Shown piece by piece: positions 22,111 to 33,016 of a DNA stretch of 64,000 nucleotides. How positions within the stretch are numbered: the stretch's first letter is position 1; every line of letters starts with the position of its first letter. Both the position numbers and the translations under genes were made by a program. The notes below the pieces were generated by a model. It was given only the letters and a program-made list of their open reading frames with translations. It was not told where the DNA came from and did not search any database. Where the stretch lies: positions 308,174 to 372,173 of the IMG/VR virus record IMGVR_UViG_3300043410_001892. One strand, written 5' to 3'.

Positions 22111-22827
22111 TCAGTTCATACTGTAATATTGGTCCACGCGATCCCACCATAAATTAACATACTTGTGGAAATCAGAACCTTCTAATATAAATTCCTGATA
22201 CGACGGTTCTCCCCAAATACATGTTGCTAGTTCTGGTGGTTTAACACAAATTAATACAACACCTTTTTCTATATTAGTTTCATGTATCTTATTATGTGCA
22301 GTAGCATAGGCAGCTAATTGTAGAAAGTAGTCCTCAATGTACTCTCTTTTTTTAGGTTTGTTAGATTGTTTATAATCAAGAATTGACGGAACGCCTAAAT
22401 GCAAACCAACTGCGTCAGTTGTACCTGCATATAGTTCTGGATAGTAAAGAGCAACTTCATTACCCCATACTTCATTTACATTCTTTAATCCGTTTTCAAT
22501 AATGTGTTTAGCCATTTTGTGACTTTGATGACTATATGGATTAGAACCTGGTTCTTTTAGAAATCCTTGTTCTACGTAATCCTCAAGAAACTTGTGCATT
22601 CTAGTGCCGCGTCCAGCAGCTTCTGTGGTTATTTGTTGTGCTTTTTCATGGCCGACCCAATTGCGCCATGCTTGTAAAGCAGCTTTGTCTTTTTCTGGTT
22701 TGGTTTCAGAAAGAATAGTGGTTACGGAAGGGACTTTTGAACCGTCTGGGCAAGAATAAAGTCTCTTGCCCTCTACGGATTGTCGGTTTATTGGTATATA
22801 TTGATATCGTTCTGTAAGTAGTTTCAT
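22111..22827 (-). CDS. PD-(D/E)XK exonuclease (Cas4/MGME1-like)
   Basis: PSVTTIL, GT.MH..LE, E..L, YAGTTD, I.DYK, Y..QL.AYA; TTGACA-17-TATAAT promoter upstream. Confidence 0.85.
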   Translation of the reverse strand: MKLLTERYQYIPINRQSVEGKRLYSCPDGSKVPSVTTILSETKPEKDKAALQAWRNWVGHEKAQQITTEAAGRGTRMHKFLEDYVEQGFLKEPGSNPYSHQSHKMAKHIIENGLKNVNEVWGNEVALYYPELYAGTTDAVGLHLGVPSILDYKQSNKPKKREYIEDYFLQLAAYATAHNKIHETNIEKGVVLICVKPPELATCIWGEPSYQEFILEGSDFHKYVNLWWDRVDQYYSMN

Positions 22828-22862
22828 AGTATGATTATACTACAAATTACATCATGTGTCAA

Positions 22863-23159
22863 TTACTTATTAAGCCGTCTTTTAGCTGTGCTTTTAGCAA
22901 TACCTGAAAGGTCAGCTTTTGGTTCTTGCATATCTACTGCATTGTCCGGTTGTTGCGGAGCAGTTGTTTTAAGTCTTAATCCAATTTGATCATAACCGTC
23001 AACATATTTTGCTAATTCGGGATCATTGTTAAATAATTCTTCAAAACCGGTACTATCAATAGCAGGAGCAGCACCATTTAAACTTTTATTGATATCTATA
23101 TATGTAAGAGTTTCTGGTGCTTCGCGTCTGTTTGCATCTGCTTGTAACTGACGTAACAT
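22863..23159 (-). CDS. Hypothetical protein
   Basis: 98-aa ORF. Confidence 0.6.
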   Translation of the reverse strand: MLRQLQADANRREAPETLTYIDINKSLNGAAPAIDSTGFEELFNNDPELAKYVDGYDQIGLRLKTTAPQQPDNAVDMQEPKADLSGIAKSTAKRRLNK

Positions 23160-23185
23160 CAGTTTAAGCGGTTCAAGCGTTTCTA

Positions 23186-24175
23186 CTACTTTTTTTTTGA
23201 GGTTAACATCATACCAAGTTTACGGCTGTACTCAACACTTTCACGTTTTAAACGTCCAGCATCAGGCATTTCTTCTTCTGGATTACCTGGCATTGGAGCA
23301 CCGCCCTCTGGGCTACCTGGAGCAGGAGCACCACCTTCTGGGCCACCTGGCATTGGCGCACCACCTGGAGCAGGAGCACCGCCAGGAGCAGGAGCAGGAG
23401 CACCGCCGGCTGCACCCATAGTATCTGGTTCTTCACCTGATACAATTGACAAACCAGTTGTAAATCCTTGGCGTGCTTGTTCTAAAGCGTTGTAAATTGT
23501 TTCAAATGCAGGACGTACTGCTTCGTTATATCTGTGTGCAACATCGCTACCTGCAATTTGTTTAATTTCGTCTAACAATTCTAAGAACTGTTCTGAACGC
23601 ATTGCAGCAACGTCTTCTAACCATCCAGTTACACGATCAACAATGTCGCGTGTAGCCATAATTACTTCAGCGCGTGTTTCTTCGTTTTCTAACAAGATCC
23701 AGCTGGCTTGTGATTCATTTAAATCATAGCGTAATTTTAATTCTGCAGTTAGTTCACGACGATCTGATTCGCCTAATGAAATTCTACGAATTGCACTATC
23801 AATCCAACTGTCAGGTACTGAACATTTTTCAGCACGTTGACGTAATGTACGTTGTGCATATCCTTCTTGAGTTTTTTGTTTTTTCTTTTTAATCATATTT
23901 TCAACAGGTGTTTTTTCACAGTTTTCACGTTCGTATATTTCTTGATTGATAACATCAAGGAACATACGTGTTTTTTGATATTCTGAATTTTCAATAACTG
24001 TGCTGTAACTTTCGTTCATTTCAAATTGGCTAATTTTAGTACGCAATTTATTACGTGCATCTTCAAGCTGTGCATCTGAAAAGTTTTCTAATTGTAATTT
24101 ATAACCAAAGTTTTTAGCTAAACTTTCGTTTAGTTTCAAACTTGTCATTGGTTGATTTAAATCATTAATTTGCAT
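23186..24175 (-). CDS. Hypothetical head/core-type protein with Pro/Gly-rich C-terminal repeats
   Basis: Helical, Glu-rich; GGAPAPG repeats; late promoter upstream. Confidence 0.6.
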   Translation of the reverse strand: MQINDLNQPMTSLKLNESLAKNFGYKLQLENFSDAQLEDARNKLRTKISQFEMNESYSTVIENSEYQKTRMFLDVINQEIYERENCEKTPVENMIKKKKQKTQEGYAQRTLRQRAEKCSVPDSWIDSAIRRISLGESDRRELTAELKLRYDLNESQASWILLENEETRAEVIMATRDIVDRVTGWLEDVAAMRSEQFLELLDEIKQIAGSDVAHRYNEAVRPAFETIYNALEQARQGFTTGLSIVSGEEPDTMGAAGGAPAPAPGGAPAPGGAPMPGGPEGGAPAPGSPEGGAPMPGNPEEEMPDAGRLKRESVEYSRKLGMMLTSKKK

Positions 24176-24206
24176 AATTGGTTCCTAGGTTATTCTTATT
24201 ACGTAT

Positions 24207-24653
24207 TTATATAAAAGTTTGGCGAAACAAAAGTAAAATTAATTTCTTATAATGCTTGTATTGTAAGCTATTCTCTTCAAATTTAGTTAATAACACATCG
24301 TGATTACTAAGATCTGTTACAGTATCTAAATTATGTTTAAAAATTAAATTATCATTTGATAACACTGCGTACTTTCTATCTAACTCGTTAATTTCGTAAT
24401 ATTTGGCATAATGCCTGTGGTTGTATGCTTTTGATGCTATCAACGCACTACTTTTAAGATAATATTCATTAATTAAGTCTTTAGTTGTTAAATTATACAT
24501 GCCCCAGTTCAGATTGTCAAGTTGTTTAACAAGAAAATCTTTATAAACTAATGATCCATCAGGCATTACTGATAATGGTAATGTAATTTGTAATTCCTGA
24601 TCAAAATAACTTGCTATTTCTTTGATTACAGTTTTAGATGGATATTTTTTCAT
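24207..24653 (-). CDS. Hypothetical protein
   Basis: Start MKKYPSK. Confidence 0.6.
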   Translation of the reverse strand: MKKYPSKTVIKEIASYFDQELQITLPLSVMPDGSLVYKDFLVKQLDNLNWGMYNLTTKDLINEYYLKSSALIASKAYNHRHYAKYYEINELDRKYAVLSNDNLIFKHNLDTVTDLSNHDVLLTKFEENSLQYKHYKKLILLLFRQTFI

Positions 24654-24843
24654 TTGCAACAACTGTTGGATCTTTAAATCCAATTTTCTTTACTAGACTT
24701 TTATGAATCATTCTTTCAACACAAACTTGTTCACGATTTTCAAGTTGTGATAACTTAACTGGCGTTTGTAATTTTTCTAATAACTTAGCTTCTTCGTTAG
24801 TAGTCCAAATTTCAAAGTCTGATATAAGTTCGTTTATTTTCAT
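24634..24843 (-). CDS. Hypothetical protein
   Basis: MKINELIS start; ATGA-type coupling. Confidence 0.65.
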   Translation of the reverse strand: MKINELISDFEIWTTNEEAKLLEKLQTPVKLSQLENREQVCVERMIHKSLVKKIGFKDPTVVANEKISI

Positions 24844-25286
24844 CTTAATCCGGCAATAGTTAGCATAGCTTCAAGTTCTGCAGATTCACGAACACGTTTT
24901 CCTCTAGCACCTCTTTCAAACTCTTTATCAACTACATCATCAATAAAATCATCGGTAGGATCACCACCAATATCTTTATTTCCTTTTTTGCTAATTAAAT
25001 CTTTTTCACCCATAGCTTCTGAAGTTTGTATATCAGTAGTGTCTATTTCAACATCTGAACCAACTTTAGGTCCAATTGGATCATGCGGGTGAGTATTTGT
25101 ATTATCTATTGATAACACTTCTGGATTGATTGAGAATTTAGTTGGATCGTTTGGTGTAGATTGAAGTGCAGCTAATTGTTCTGGTGGAATAATGACTGTT
25201 GTACCATCTGGTTTAGTTAAAGTAACACCAGATGCATCATTTTTGGTTACTTTGAAATTTTCTTTTACAATTTCATTTACTTTCAT
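24840..25286 (-). CDS. Hypothetical protein with capsid-targeting-like N-terminus
   Basis: MKVNEIVKE start; C-term EL..ML.IAGL. Confidence 0.65.
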   Translation of the reverse strand: MKVNEIVKENFKVTKNDASGVTLTKPDGTTVIIPPEQLAALQSTPNDPTKFSINPEVLSIDNTNTHPHDPIGPKVGSDVEIDTTDIQTSEAMGEKDLISKKGNKDIGGDPTDDFIDDVVDKEFERGARGKRVRESAELEAMLTIAGLR

Positions 25287-25308
25287 TTTATTTCTCGGTA
25301 AGTTTCAG

Positions 25309-25545
25309 TTAGAATTTTATTAAAATTGTAACAACAGTCGAAAGTAAACCGGCTACAATTGTAGCAGTTGCTCCTATGATTACTTTGCTCATACTTGATT
25401 GGCTATCTTGTATTTTTGAAGCTAACGTTTCAACTTTTGTTTCAATCACAGTAAGACGTGATTCTAAATTTTGGTATCGTAAAGCACATAGTTCAACATG
25501 GCTTTCTAAGTTTTCTTTTTCTATATCTGTAGGTTTTAGTGACAT
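25309..25545 (-). CDS. Small coiled-coil protein with C-terminal transmembrane helix
   Basis: LESHVELCA.RY..LE.RL plus hydrophobic tail. Confidence 0.7.
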   Translation of the reverse strand: MSLKPTDIEKENLESHVELCALRYQNLESRLTVIETKVETLASKIQDSQSSMSKVIIGATATIVAGLLSTVVTILIKF

Positions 25546-25594
25546 CTCATCGCTCCATTGGTCGTTCGGTGAGTTACTCTTGTAACACTAATAT

Positions 25595-25999
25595 TTATTG
25601 CTTTTTATGAAAAACAATATTCTTCAATTTTCCTTCAGTAATAAACACTGCATAGTTTTGATGCATTAATTCATCTAACCCTTGTATATATGGTACTAGT
25701 TCAAAGTCTTGTTTAAGAAAACCAATTGGATCATCATCAACCTCAAAAACATGTTCACGTTCTGTGTAGAAGTCAAATCTCCAAACTCGTATTAGCTGGT
25801 TGGTATCAAACCCAATTAAACTTCCTTTAACCTCAGTGACAATTGGATTAGTACTAAAGTTGATATTAGAACGAATTCCAAGTGTTTGAAGAACAGTATT
25901 AAAGTTCTGTTCTTTCCATCGAGCAGCTTCTTTGCCAGGCTCTGCCCTATATTGCCCGGTATGTGTTATATCAACATACGTGTAAAGTTTATATTCCAT
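25595..25999 (-). CDS. Hypothetical phage protein
   Basis: YT.VDIT.TG...QNFNT.LQT.G.R. Confidence 0.65.
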   Translation of the reverse strand: MEYKLYTYVDITHTGQYRAEPGKEAARWKEQNFNTVLQTLGIRSNINFSTNPIVTEVKGSLIGFDTNQLIRVWRFDFYTEREHVFEVDDDPIGFLKQDFELVPYIQGLDELMHQNYAVFITEGKLKNIVFHKKQ

Positions 26000-26017
26000 A
26001 CTGTATTTAACAGTCAT

Positions 26018-26050
26018 AAAAAAAGGGTTCATAAAAAATGAACCCTTTTT
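26018..26050 (-). terminator. Rho-independent terminator
   Basis: AAAAAGGGTTCAT/ATGAACCCTTTTT inverted repeat. Confidence 0.8.
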
Positions 26051-26071
26051 GAATTAATAAACTAGGTTAAA

Positions 26072-26557
26072 TTAAGCTGTTGTAGCCCAAGATAAAGATT
26101 GTCCTGAGAACGCACCGTTACTAATAGTAACTGTAACACCAGCGCCTAAGTTGTCAGCGATGATTTTTTCAGCATCACCCCAAATAGCACCACCTGATGA
26201 TGCAACTGCGTTTGAACCGTCTTCACTGTCGTTTGCAGTGTCATCTGCAATGATTGCAACGAAGTCATTTGCAGTTGGTGGAAATACAGCATAAATTTCA
26301 GCAACTGTTTGTAATGCACGAATTGCAAGGCTATATTTACTCAATGCAGCGTATTGATCACCGTCATTTGAGTTAGTACCATTTTGATATGTTAAGTTAG
26401 TACCAGTAGCGTTAATTTTGATTACACGCAATGTACGTGTGCCAAAGTTAGTAAATTTAAGACCAGTTCCATATGTTTGTTGAACAGACATTTTACCGTA
26501 GTTAGCAGCTACGTTTGTTTTACTGTTTGTCAACGATGCGTCGAATAATGATGGCAT
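26072..26557 (-). CDS. Putative virion structural protein
   Basis: Start MPSLFD with GAGGAG RBS; A/T/N-rich; late promoter and terminator. Confidence 0.6.
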   Translation of the reverse strand: MPSLFDASLTNSKTNVAANYGKMSVQQTYGTGLKFTNFGTRTLRVIKINATGTNLTYQNGTNSNDGDQYAALSKYSLAIRALQTVAEIYAVFPPTANDFVAIIADDTANDSEDGSNAVASSGGAIWGDAEKIIADNLGAGVTVTISNGAFSGQSLSWATTA

Positions 26558-26642
26558 GATTTGTATCTCCTCTATTACCATATAACTTACACTCTGTAAG
26601 TATTGTAATATTATTTAGCTTTAAGAGTGAAATTATATAGTA

Positions 26643-26891
26643 TTATTTGCTTTCTTGAATACGTTTGATACTACGTTTAAACTTGTTAGTGTCGCTTGAT
26701 TTAATACTGTTAATGAATCTACGTTCTAATTCTATTGCAGTTTCGACATCATAATTTTCTTTAATTAGTTCAATTAGGTTAATTGCACTTTGAATTATAT
26801 TTGAACCTCGACTCTCAATAATTAAGTTTATATCTCTACTAACACCAATGTCGCTAAGTTCTTGTAATATTGATCGTGTACTCTTTTTCAT
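26643..26891 (-). CDS. Conserved hypothetical phage protein
   Basis: TRSILQEL...IESR...II.SAINL...ERR..NSIK. Confidence 0.7.
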   Translation of the reverse strand: MKKSTRSILQELSDIGVSRDINLIIESRGSNIIQSAINLIELIKENYDVETAIELERRFINSIKSSDTNKFKRSIKRIQESK

Positions 26892-26893
26892 AA

Positions 26894-27295
26894 TTATTCC
26901 ACTGATGGTTGTTTAAACAGATTAGGATGCATTTTACCCCATTTACGCATAACCACAGCAGCTTGGGCATTAGCTTCGTTTTCGTGTGGACTCCCATCCA
27001 TACCGCTATCTGGTGTTAGTTCGTTATTTAGATCTTGTCGGTAGTGTACTAGTTCATGTGCCAATGTTCTACAAACATCCATAATATGTCTATTTGACAA
27101 AGTAACTGTAATATGATGATTACCGTAACCGCCAAATGAGCGATGTTTTGCACTAATTTTATTACCATCTTGTAAATCAATGTTAGGTAAATTATCTAAC
27201 CCTAATTCACTTGCTGCAAATTCGATAAATTTATCAATAATGCGAGATGCTTTATCACGACTAAGACCTTCTGTTAAAATTTCTTTTACTTTCAT
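26894..27295 (-). CDS. HExxH zinc metallopeptidase-like protein
   Basis: RTLAHELVH..Q and downstream ENEA; MKVKEILTE start. Confidence 0.75.
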   Translation of the reverse strand: MKVKEILTEGLSRDKASRIIDKFIEFAASELGLDNLPNIDLQDGNKISAKHRSFGGYGNHHITVTLSNRHIMDVCRTLAHELVHYRQDLNNELTPDSGMDGSPHENEANAQAAVVMRKWGKMHPNLFKQPSVE

Positions 27296-27312
27296 ATTAG
27301 TATTTACCTATA

Positions 27313-29610
27313 TTATCTAGCTATCTCAGTAATTCTCATCCATAGGGCAGTTGATGAGTTTGTAATAGTTATATTATCATCTGCACTATCTCTACGAACC
27401 CCAACAGTAATAGACTTTGCAGTTACGTTTGTGTTTGTGTATCTACCAGTTAAGGGAAATAGAGCACCTGTTCTAAAACTTTCGTTGCTCTTTGTCATCT
27501 GCCGACTGTAGGTAATTTCAGCTCCATCTACTTTAATACGAGAAAAATAGCTGTCTGTACCGGCACCGCCTGTATCAGATGCTGCTGAATATGCAGCCAC
27601 GTGAACATGAATAATTAGATAACTTGAACTACTCGATGGCGTATAACTATAGGTGATAAAATCTGTATCACTATTGCTAGTAGCTACTGTTGTCGTATTA
27701 ACAGTAAATTCTGTATTGCTTAACATAGTATCTTTAATAATCTGCCCAGCTCTATAAGAACCTGGTAGTACAAACCCGGCGGTCGCTAGATTACCAGTGG
27801 TATCAATCGCTGCTTTTACCGATCCACCTGTTTCGTTTAGATTATATACAAATCGTAGTAACTGTCCACTTAGAACACTAAATTGTCCATTCCAACTATC
27901 AAGCGCAAAGTTAGTATTATTGGCATAATACAGTAAGAGACCAGGTGTGTCTGTACTTCCGTTATCTAAAGTAATATCACCGGTTGCATATCCAGTCTTA
28001 GTAAATGTATTAGATCCAAAGTTATTAAGACCGGTAGTTCTTAAACCTGCTAATGTACCAACACTTGTTAAACTACTATTAACAACATTGTTTCCTAATG
28101 TCGTACCAGACAACGCAGACGTGCCTGCAATATAATATGCCATTCCAGCATCAATATCAATGTTATTTCCAACAAAGATATTAGCGGATACACCTAGTGT
28201 CCCTGTTATATTAACGGTATTAGATATGTGATTATATGTTGAACCACCAGTGCCGCGAGTAAATTGAATATAGCCATTGGAAGTAAGTGCAGATAGAGTT
28301 CCAACACTTGTTAAACTTGAACCAACTACGGTTGAGTTTAATGATGTTCCAGTTAAGGTCGTCGCTGCTGCGGTAACAGTTTTACTTTCACCTAATGATA
28401 TTTGTGTACCATTAATATAGAATAAGCTATTGGCTAATTTAGCATTACTAATACTACCAGCTAACATTGTATTTGTTACGGTTCCTGTATCTGTAGTATA
28501 AACACCATTAGTTACAGTTGCAGCATTGCCAGATGATGTAATGTAACCACTATCATTTGTAAACGCGCTTAACGTTGTAGGTTTATTAGTTAGATTATTA
28601 TAATCAGTAGTACCAGCTGGTCCTGTAAGTCCTTGTGGACCTTGATCTCCAGTATCACCCTTAGGTCCCTGTATGCCCTGAATTCCTTGTGCACCAGTTG
28701 CCCCAGTTGCCCCAGTGTCACCTGTAAGTCCTTGTGGTCCAGTTAACCCAGTATCACCCTTAGGTCCCTGTATGCCTTGAATTCCTTGTGGTCCAGTTGC
28801 TCCAGTATCACCTTTAAGTCCTTGTGCACCAGTTGCTCCAGTATCACCTTTAAGTCCTTGTGGTCCAGTTAAACCAGTATCGCCCTTAGGTCCCTGTATG
28901 CCTTGTGCACCAGTTGCACCAGTTGCACCAGTATCGCCTTTAAGTCCTTGTATGCCTTGTATACCTTGCGGGCCAGTTGCCCCAGTTGCGCCTGTATCAC
29001 CTTTGAGTCCTTGCGGTCCAGTTGCCCCAGTTGCGCCTGTAGCACCGGTTGGGCCAACAATAGGTCCAATGTAATCCCATTGTCCAAGTGTTAAATTCCA
29101 AAACCATAGTGCACCGTTTACATGTGGTAATATGCCAGTAGTAACAATCCAACCGTGACCTGCATAATCATTTAAATTAGTCGGAACTGCAGGTAGTGCT
29201 GATTCAGTTGCAACTGTTCCTTGGAGCTGTACACTAATACCTTGTGCACCAGTAGCTCCTGTGTCACCTTTTGGTCCTTGCGGTCCAGTTGCGCCTGTAG
29301 CACCGGTTGCACCAGTAACGCCTGCAGGACCTTGAATTCCTTGTACACCTTGTGGTCCTGCTGGGACAGCAGCCCATAATACAGTAGTACCATTAGTTTG
29401 TAAAAAATTACCACTTTGATTGGCTTGATCTGGATAACTAGCAGTACCACTACCGCTACCACTAATAATTATACCACCAGGAGTTATACCGTCTGATACT
29501 CTAATAGTATTACTTTCACTATCATACCAAAGACGATTTAATTGCCCAATACGTGTATTACCGTCGTTATAATCTCGATAACTAGTAAAAAAATCTTGTG
29601 TGAATGCCAC
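27313..29610 (-). CDS. Collagen-containing tail fibre protein
   Basis: Two Gly-X-Y blocks, SSLTSVGTL repeats; N-term LWYD....RVSDG.TPGG shared with 9002..11056. Confidence 0.85.
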   Translation of the reverse strand: MAFTQDFFTSYRDYNDGNTRIGQLNRLWYDSESNTIRVSDGITPGGIIISGSGSGTASYPDQANQSGNFLQTNGTTVLWAAVPAGPQGVQGIQGPAGVTGATGATGATGPQGPKGDTGATGAQGISVQLQGTVATESALPAVPTNLNDYAGHGWIVTTGILPHVNGALWFWNLTLGQWDYIGPIVGPTGATGATGATGPQGLKGDTGATGATGPQGIQGIQGLKGDTGATGATGAQGIQGPKGDTGLTGPQGLKGDTGATGAQGLKGDTGATGPQGIQGIQGPKGDTGLTGPQGLTGDTGATGATGAQGIQGIQGPKGDTGDQGPQGLTGPAGTTDYNNLTNKPTTLSAFTNDSGYITSSGNAATVTNGVYTTDTGTVTNTMLAGSISNAKLANSLFYINGTQISLGESKTVTAAATTLTGTSLNSTVVGSSLTSVGTLSALTSNGYIQFTRGTGGSTYNHISNTVNITGTLGVSANIFVGNNIDIDAGMAYYIAGTSALSGTTLGNNVVNSSLTSVGTLAGLRTTGLNNFGSNTFTKTGYATGDITLDNGSTDTPGLLLYYANNTNFALDSWNGQFSVLSGQLLRFVYNLNETGGSVKAAIDTTGNLATAGFVLPGSYRAGQIIKDTMLSNTEFTVNTTTVATSNSDTDFITYSYTPSSSSSYLIIHVHVAAYSAASDTGGAGTDSYFSRIKVDGAEITYSRQMTKSNESFRTGALFPLTGRYTNTNVTAKSITVGVRRDSADDNITITNSSTALWMRITEIAR

Positions 29611-29612
29611 AA

Positions 29613-29870
29613 TTAGCTCTCAAATGGTCCATCATCATCTGCTAAGTCAAATACAGATTTAAGACCTGCTGATTTTTTTAATAATTCAATTTTTTGTTGT
29701 AATGGCGGTGTAAACGGACCAGGTTCTTCATCTTCAGAATTACTTACATTGGAAGATGTTTCTCCATTCATATTATTATGGACGTGTACTACTACCGGTT
29801 GTTGTGTATTACCGTTTTCAATTTTATCTAATCGAGAAATTAATGATCTTAATAATTCTTGAATTGTCAT
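29613..29870 (-). CDS. Hypothetical protein
   Basis: [11 protein letters not shown] motif shared with the next gene. Confidence 0.65.
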   Translation of the reverse strand: MTIQELLRSLISRLDKIENGNTQQPVVVHVHNNMNGETSSNVSNSEDEEPGPFTPPLQQKIELLKKSAGLKSVFDLADDDGPFES

Positions 29871-30160
29871 TATAGTATACCTTTAATTATTTGTTTTAAT
29901 CTCGATAAATCATCTGGGGTATCATCACTATCGTCATCTTTACCAATATCTTCGGGTTCTGTAATTTTGTCTATAACTGCACTATCTTTACCAACCGCTG
30001 CTTTTTTAAGTTCTAATTCTTGTTGTAGTGGTGACACATAGATTGGATTCTCATCAGGTTCTTCTGAGTCATTGTTACCTGCTACATCAATTTCTGGATC
30101 ACCGTCACCGTTTATTCTAATATTAATAGGTACGTTGATTGTAAATTCTCTTGCTCTCAT
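29870..30160 (-). CDS. Hypothetical protein
   Basis: MRAREF start; PLQQELELKK. Confidence 0.65.
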   Translation of the reverse strand: MRAREFTINVPINIRINGDGDPEIDVAGNNDSEEPDENPIYVSPLQQELELKKAAVGKDSAVIDKITEPEDIGKDDDSDDTPDDLSRLKQIIKGIL

Positions 30161-30190
30161 TATAAATCCTTTAGCTATACTGTACTTATC

Positions 30191-32194
30191 TTAATCTTCA
30201 CTGAATACAACTGCTAATGATACACGATTTAATGCACTAGATGATTGTATCGCAAATGTAATGCTATCGCCGGGCGGTATTGCTACACGAACATTATCTA
30301 ATTGATACCTTGATTCACCGTTGATTGCCGTAATAAATCTAGAAACTGCAGTATCAATCAAATAGTTTAGTTGTCCATCTACTACACTAACCATACCATT
30401 ATCTTTAGGTTGACTTCTGTAAACATGTGTGGTATTTAAACTAGATGCATTGTAAAACACATATAAAATACCCGGATCATTTCCCTGTACACCTACGCTT
30501 ACATCTTTAAGAAGTATTTCTTTAGCGTTTAAAATATAATTCCCATTAAGTGCTCCTGCAGATCCGTTAGTAACATACGGGTTACGAATAGTTAATAAAT
30601 GATGGCATAAATCCTTAACTAACCCAGCTTTAACACTTTGAGTACTACGATTAAGTTCATTTTGTTTAATTTCGCCTTCAATAGCTCCCATCATACAAAC
30701 ACCACTTACTGTCGTATTAGTTGTGCTACCCAAGCTATATGCAACATACCCAATTTTAAAACTTGGATTAGCAACATGTGGTAAATTGTATTGATTAGTG
30801 TAATGCTCTCTATGAAAGAATAAAAGTTCCCCAGTGATTTGATTTTCAAGAGCATATCTAATTTCGCCAACACCTAACCATCTAAAGTTTATTTGAAATA
30901 CATTTAAGTGTTCAGTTGCTATTGTCATTCCGCTTGGGTTTAAATCTTTAGTTCCTGTTAGTGGATTGATATAACCTAATTTATCAACATTAAAGTCTTT
31001 TTGATATGTCCAATGTTCAGTTTGTGCTACTCCGATTTGCAACTGAGCAAATGTACCAGAAATAGTTCCAGTACTTGTGATACTATAAGTTCCTGATTTT
31101 GCTCCTAATGAATTAGCTAAGAATACAATAGTATTATCAACTTGATCTACTAACCATCCAGTGTATCCATTTAAACGTGTTGCAATTATAGATGCAGCAA
31201 TAGCTGTATCAGCAGTATTGACTGTTATGTTATTAAATGGAACTCCATTGAGTGTTATAGTGATTGTTTGCGATCCAGTTGTTATGCTGTTGATAGTAAG
31301 TTGATGAATATCTGCTTTGCCACCTGTTGCTCTCATTACACCAAACTTAGGTCCTGTTCCGTCGTCATTCCATCCAACCATGATAGCATTTTCTTGATTG
31401 AATAAACCAGCACGTTGACTAGTAAGTGCAATGTTTGGTGTAAATGCTGCAGTGAAACGACACAATGCACCTTGTCCAGGGCGGTATCTTATAAATCTTT
31501 TTGATCTTAACACACCGTATCCGTATGCGTCAGTTCCGGTATTTACTGTGAATAATGCCTGCAGTGGGTTTGCAGATGCACCTGATCCAGTACCAGAATG
31601 ATAAGTTTGAATTACGTCGTCAGTAATACCGTATATGCTGTCTAGTTGTATAACTGGTGTAATTGTTAACCCAAACGGTTCGCCAAACGCCGATACCGAA
31701 CTTGCACCTTTAACTACAGTTTCTATAGTACCTCCAGTAACAGTAGCAGTTAAGTTACCAGTAACTGCAATTGGATCAGTATTAGAAACTTTAGCATCGA
31801 CGTATATGCGATTGCTAGTAGTGTTGTCGTTGCTATCTTTAGATACTTTGTATATTGTTGGGAATGCAGGAAAATTACCTACATCGATACTGGTTGGAAT
31901 CGCAGGGAAGTTTCCTACATTGATACTTGTCGGAAATGCTGGGAAGTTTCCTACATTGATACTTGTCGGAAATGCTGGGAAGTTACCCACATCGATGTTA
32001 CTTGTTAAATGTACAGGGATACTTTGTAATTCAGTATTATTAACCCTAATCTCAGATGCAATGTTAACACTGCCGGTAACTGTAATATTATCAGAACCCA
32101 AAGTAACTCGAACATGGGGTAAATCACCAACTAGTTCCATTGCATGATGTAAATTGTTTATATTAACATCGCTTCGATCGTGTACGTATGCCAT
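30191..32194 (-). CDS. Putative virion structural protein
   Basis: 667 aa, beta-rich; 4x (I)DVGNFPAFPTS tandem repeat; RYRPGQG, F.WLG.G. Confidence 0.7.
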   Translation of the reverse strand: MAYVHDRSDVNINNLHHAMELVGDLPHVRVTLGSDNITVTGSVNIASEIRVNNTELQSIPVHLTSNIDVGNFPAFPTSINVGNFPAFPTSINVGNFPAIPTSIDVGNFPAFPTIYKVSKDSNDNTTSNRIYVDAKVSNTDPIAVTGNLTATVTGGTIETVVKGASSVSAFGEPFGLTITPVIQLDSIYGITDDVIQTYHSGTGSGASANPLQALFTVNTGTDAYGYGVLRSKRFIRYRPGQGALCRFTAAFTPNIALTSQRAGLFNQENAIMVGWNDDGTGPKFGVMRATGGKADIHQLTINSITTGSQTITITLNGVPFNNITVNTADTAIAASIIATRLNGYTGWLVDQVDNTIVFLANSLGAKSGTYSITSTGTISGTFAQLQIGVAQTEHWTYQKDFNVDKLGYINPLTGTKDLNPSGMTIATEHLNVFQINFRWLGVGEIRYALENQITGELLFFHREHYTNQYNLPHVANPSFKIGYVAYSLGSTTNTTVSGVCMMGAIEGEIKQNELNRSTQSVKAGLVKDLCHHLLTIRNPYVTNGSAGALNGNYILNAKEILLKDVSVGVQGNDPGILYVFYNASSLNTTHVYRSQPKDNGMVSVVDGQLNYLIDTAVSRFITAINGESRYQLDNVRVAIPPGDSITFAIQSSSALNRVSLAVVFSED
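31855..31998 (-). repeat. 4 x 36-bp coding tandem repeat
   Basis: Encodes I(D/N)VGNFPA(F/I)PT(S/I) four times. Confidence 0.85.
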
Positions 32195-32454
32195 TATGTA
32201 ATCCAGGGACGACCTAATACTAATCCGCCTGCATTAGGATTGTCGGTAATTCCGTCACCGTTATATTTTGTTGGTAGTTGTGTAATATCGTAATTGTTTC
32301 TATCGCGATAATATGGTTTAGTAGAATCGATGCTACCAGTAACCGTTCCATTGGCTGCTACCGTTTTACCTTGACGTTTAGCTTTTGCTAAGTTAAGTTT
32401 GGCTGTTTGTTTTGCTTCTTTGGTTGATAACCATGCTATTCCGTTTGCTGACAT
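32194..32454 (-). CDS. Conserved hypothetical phage protein
   Basis: MSANGI..L.TK...Q.AKL.LA...LPT.Y.....DNPN.GGL..GRPW. Confidence 0.7.
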   Translation of the reverse strand: MSANGIAWLSTKEAKQTAKLNLAKAKRQGKTVAANGTVTGSIDSTKPYYRDRNNYDITQLPTKYNGDGITDNPNAGGLVLGRPWIT

Positions 32455-32819
32455 TATTGTCCCCTCATTGTTTTAATCATTATAACGTGTTCAGGTGTGT
32501 CGTTTGATGGTTGATCAAATTCTTGATCTATTAAATGTGGAGTTGCGCTTGGATCTTTAACTCTAATATCAGCAGGATGTTTTGGCCCATTTAAACCACC
32601 ACCTGCATGAATTGTAACAGAATCAATACCAGCATACGCAGGATTTGGTTCATTAACATATTGATGTCTTTCTGGACTGTCAGCTAAGTCAACAATTTGT
32701 TTAAATCTATTGATGTCGTCTCCTGCTGTAACTTTATGATCAGGTTTAAGAACAACTTGTGGTTCTTGGCTACCATCAATAAAGTTTAAAATACTTCTTA
32801 TAATTTCGTGAGCTCTCAT
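32454..32819 (-). CDS. Conserved hypothetical phage protein
   Basis: MRAHEII start; N.P...YA......AGGGLNGPKHP.D.R. Confidence 0.7.
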   Translation of the reverse strand: MRAHEIIRSILNFIDGSQEPQVVLKPDHKVTAGDDINRFKQIVDLADSPERHQYVNEPNPAYAGIDSVTIHAGGGLNGPKHPADIRVKDPSATPHLIDQEFDQPSNDTPEHVIMIKTMRGQ

Positions 32820-32974
32820 TTATATGTCCTCTTAGTGTATTTAGTGTAAGAATAGACATTAAATGATGAATTTATAAATATGTTGTCAAAGTATGTTCTA
32901 AGATTTGAGGAAGAAAACGTTACAGGGATCGGTTGACAAAGTCAGTACCGTGGTGACATGGAAAATAATGAGAT

Positions 32975-33007
32975 AAAAAAATAGGAGCATAAGCTCCTAT
33001 CTTTTTC
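32975..33007 (-). terminator. Rho-independent terminator
   Basis: ATAGGAGC/GCTCCTAT stem flanked by A/T runs. Confidence 0.75.
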
Positions 33008-33016
33008 TAAGTACTG

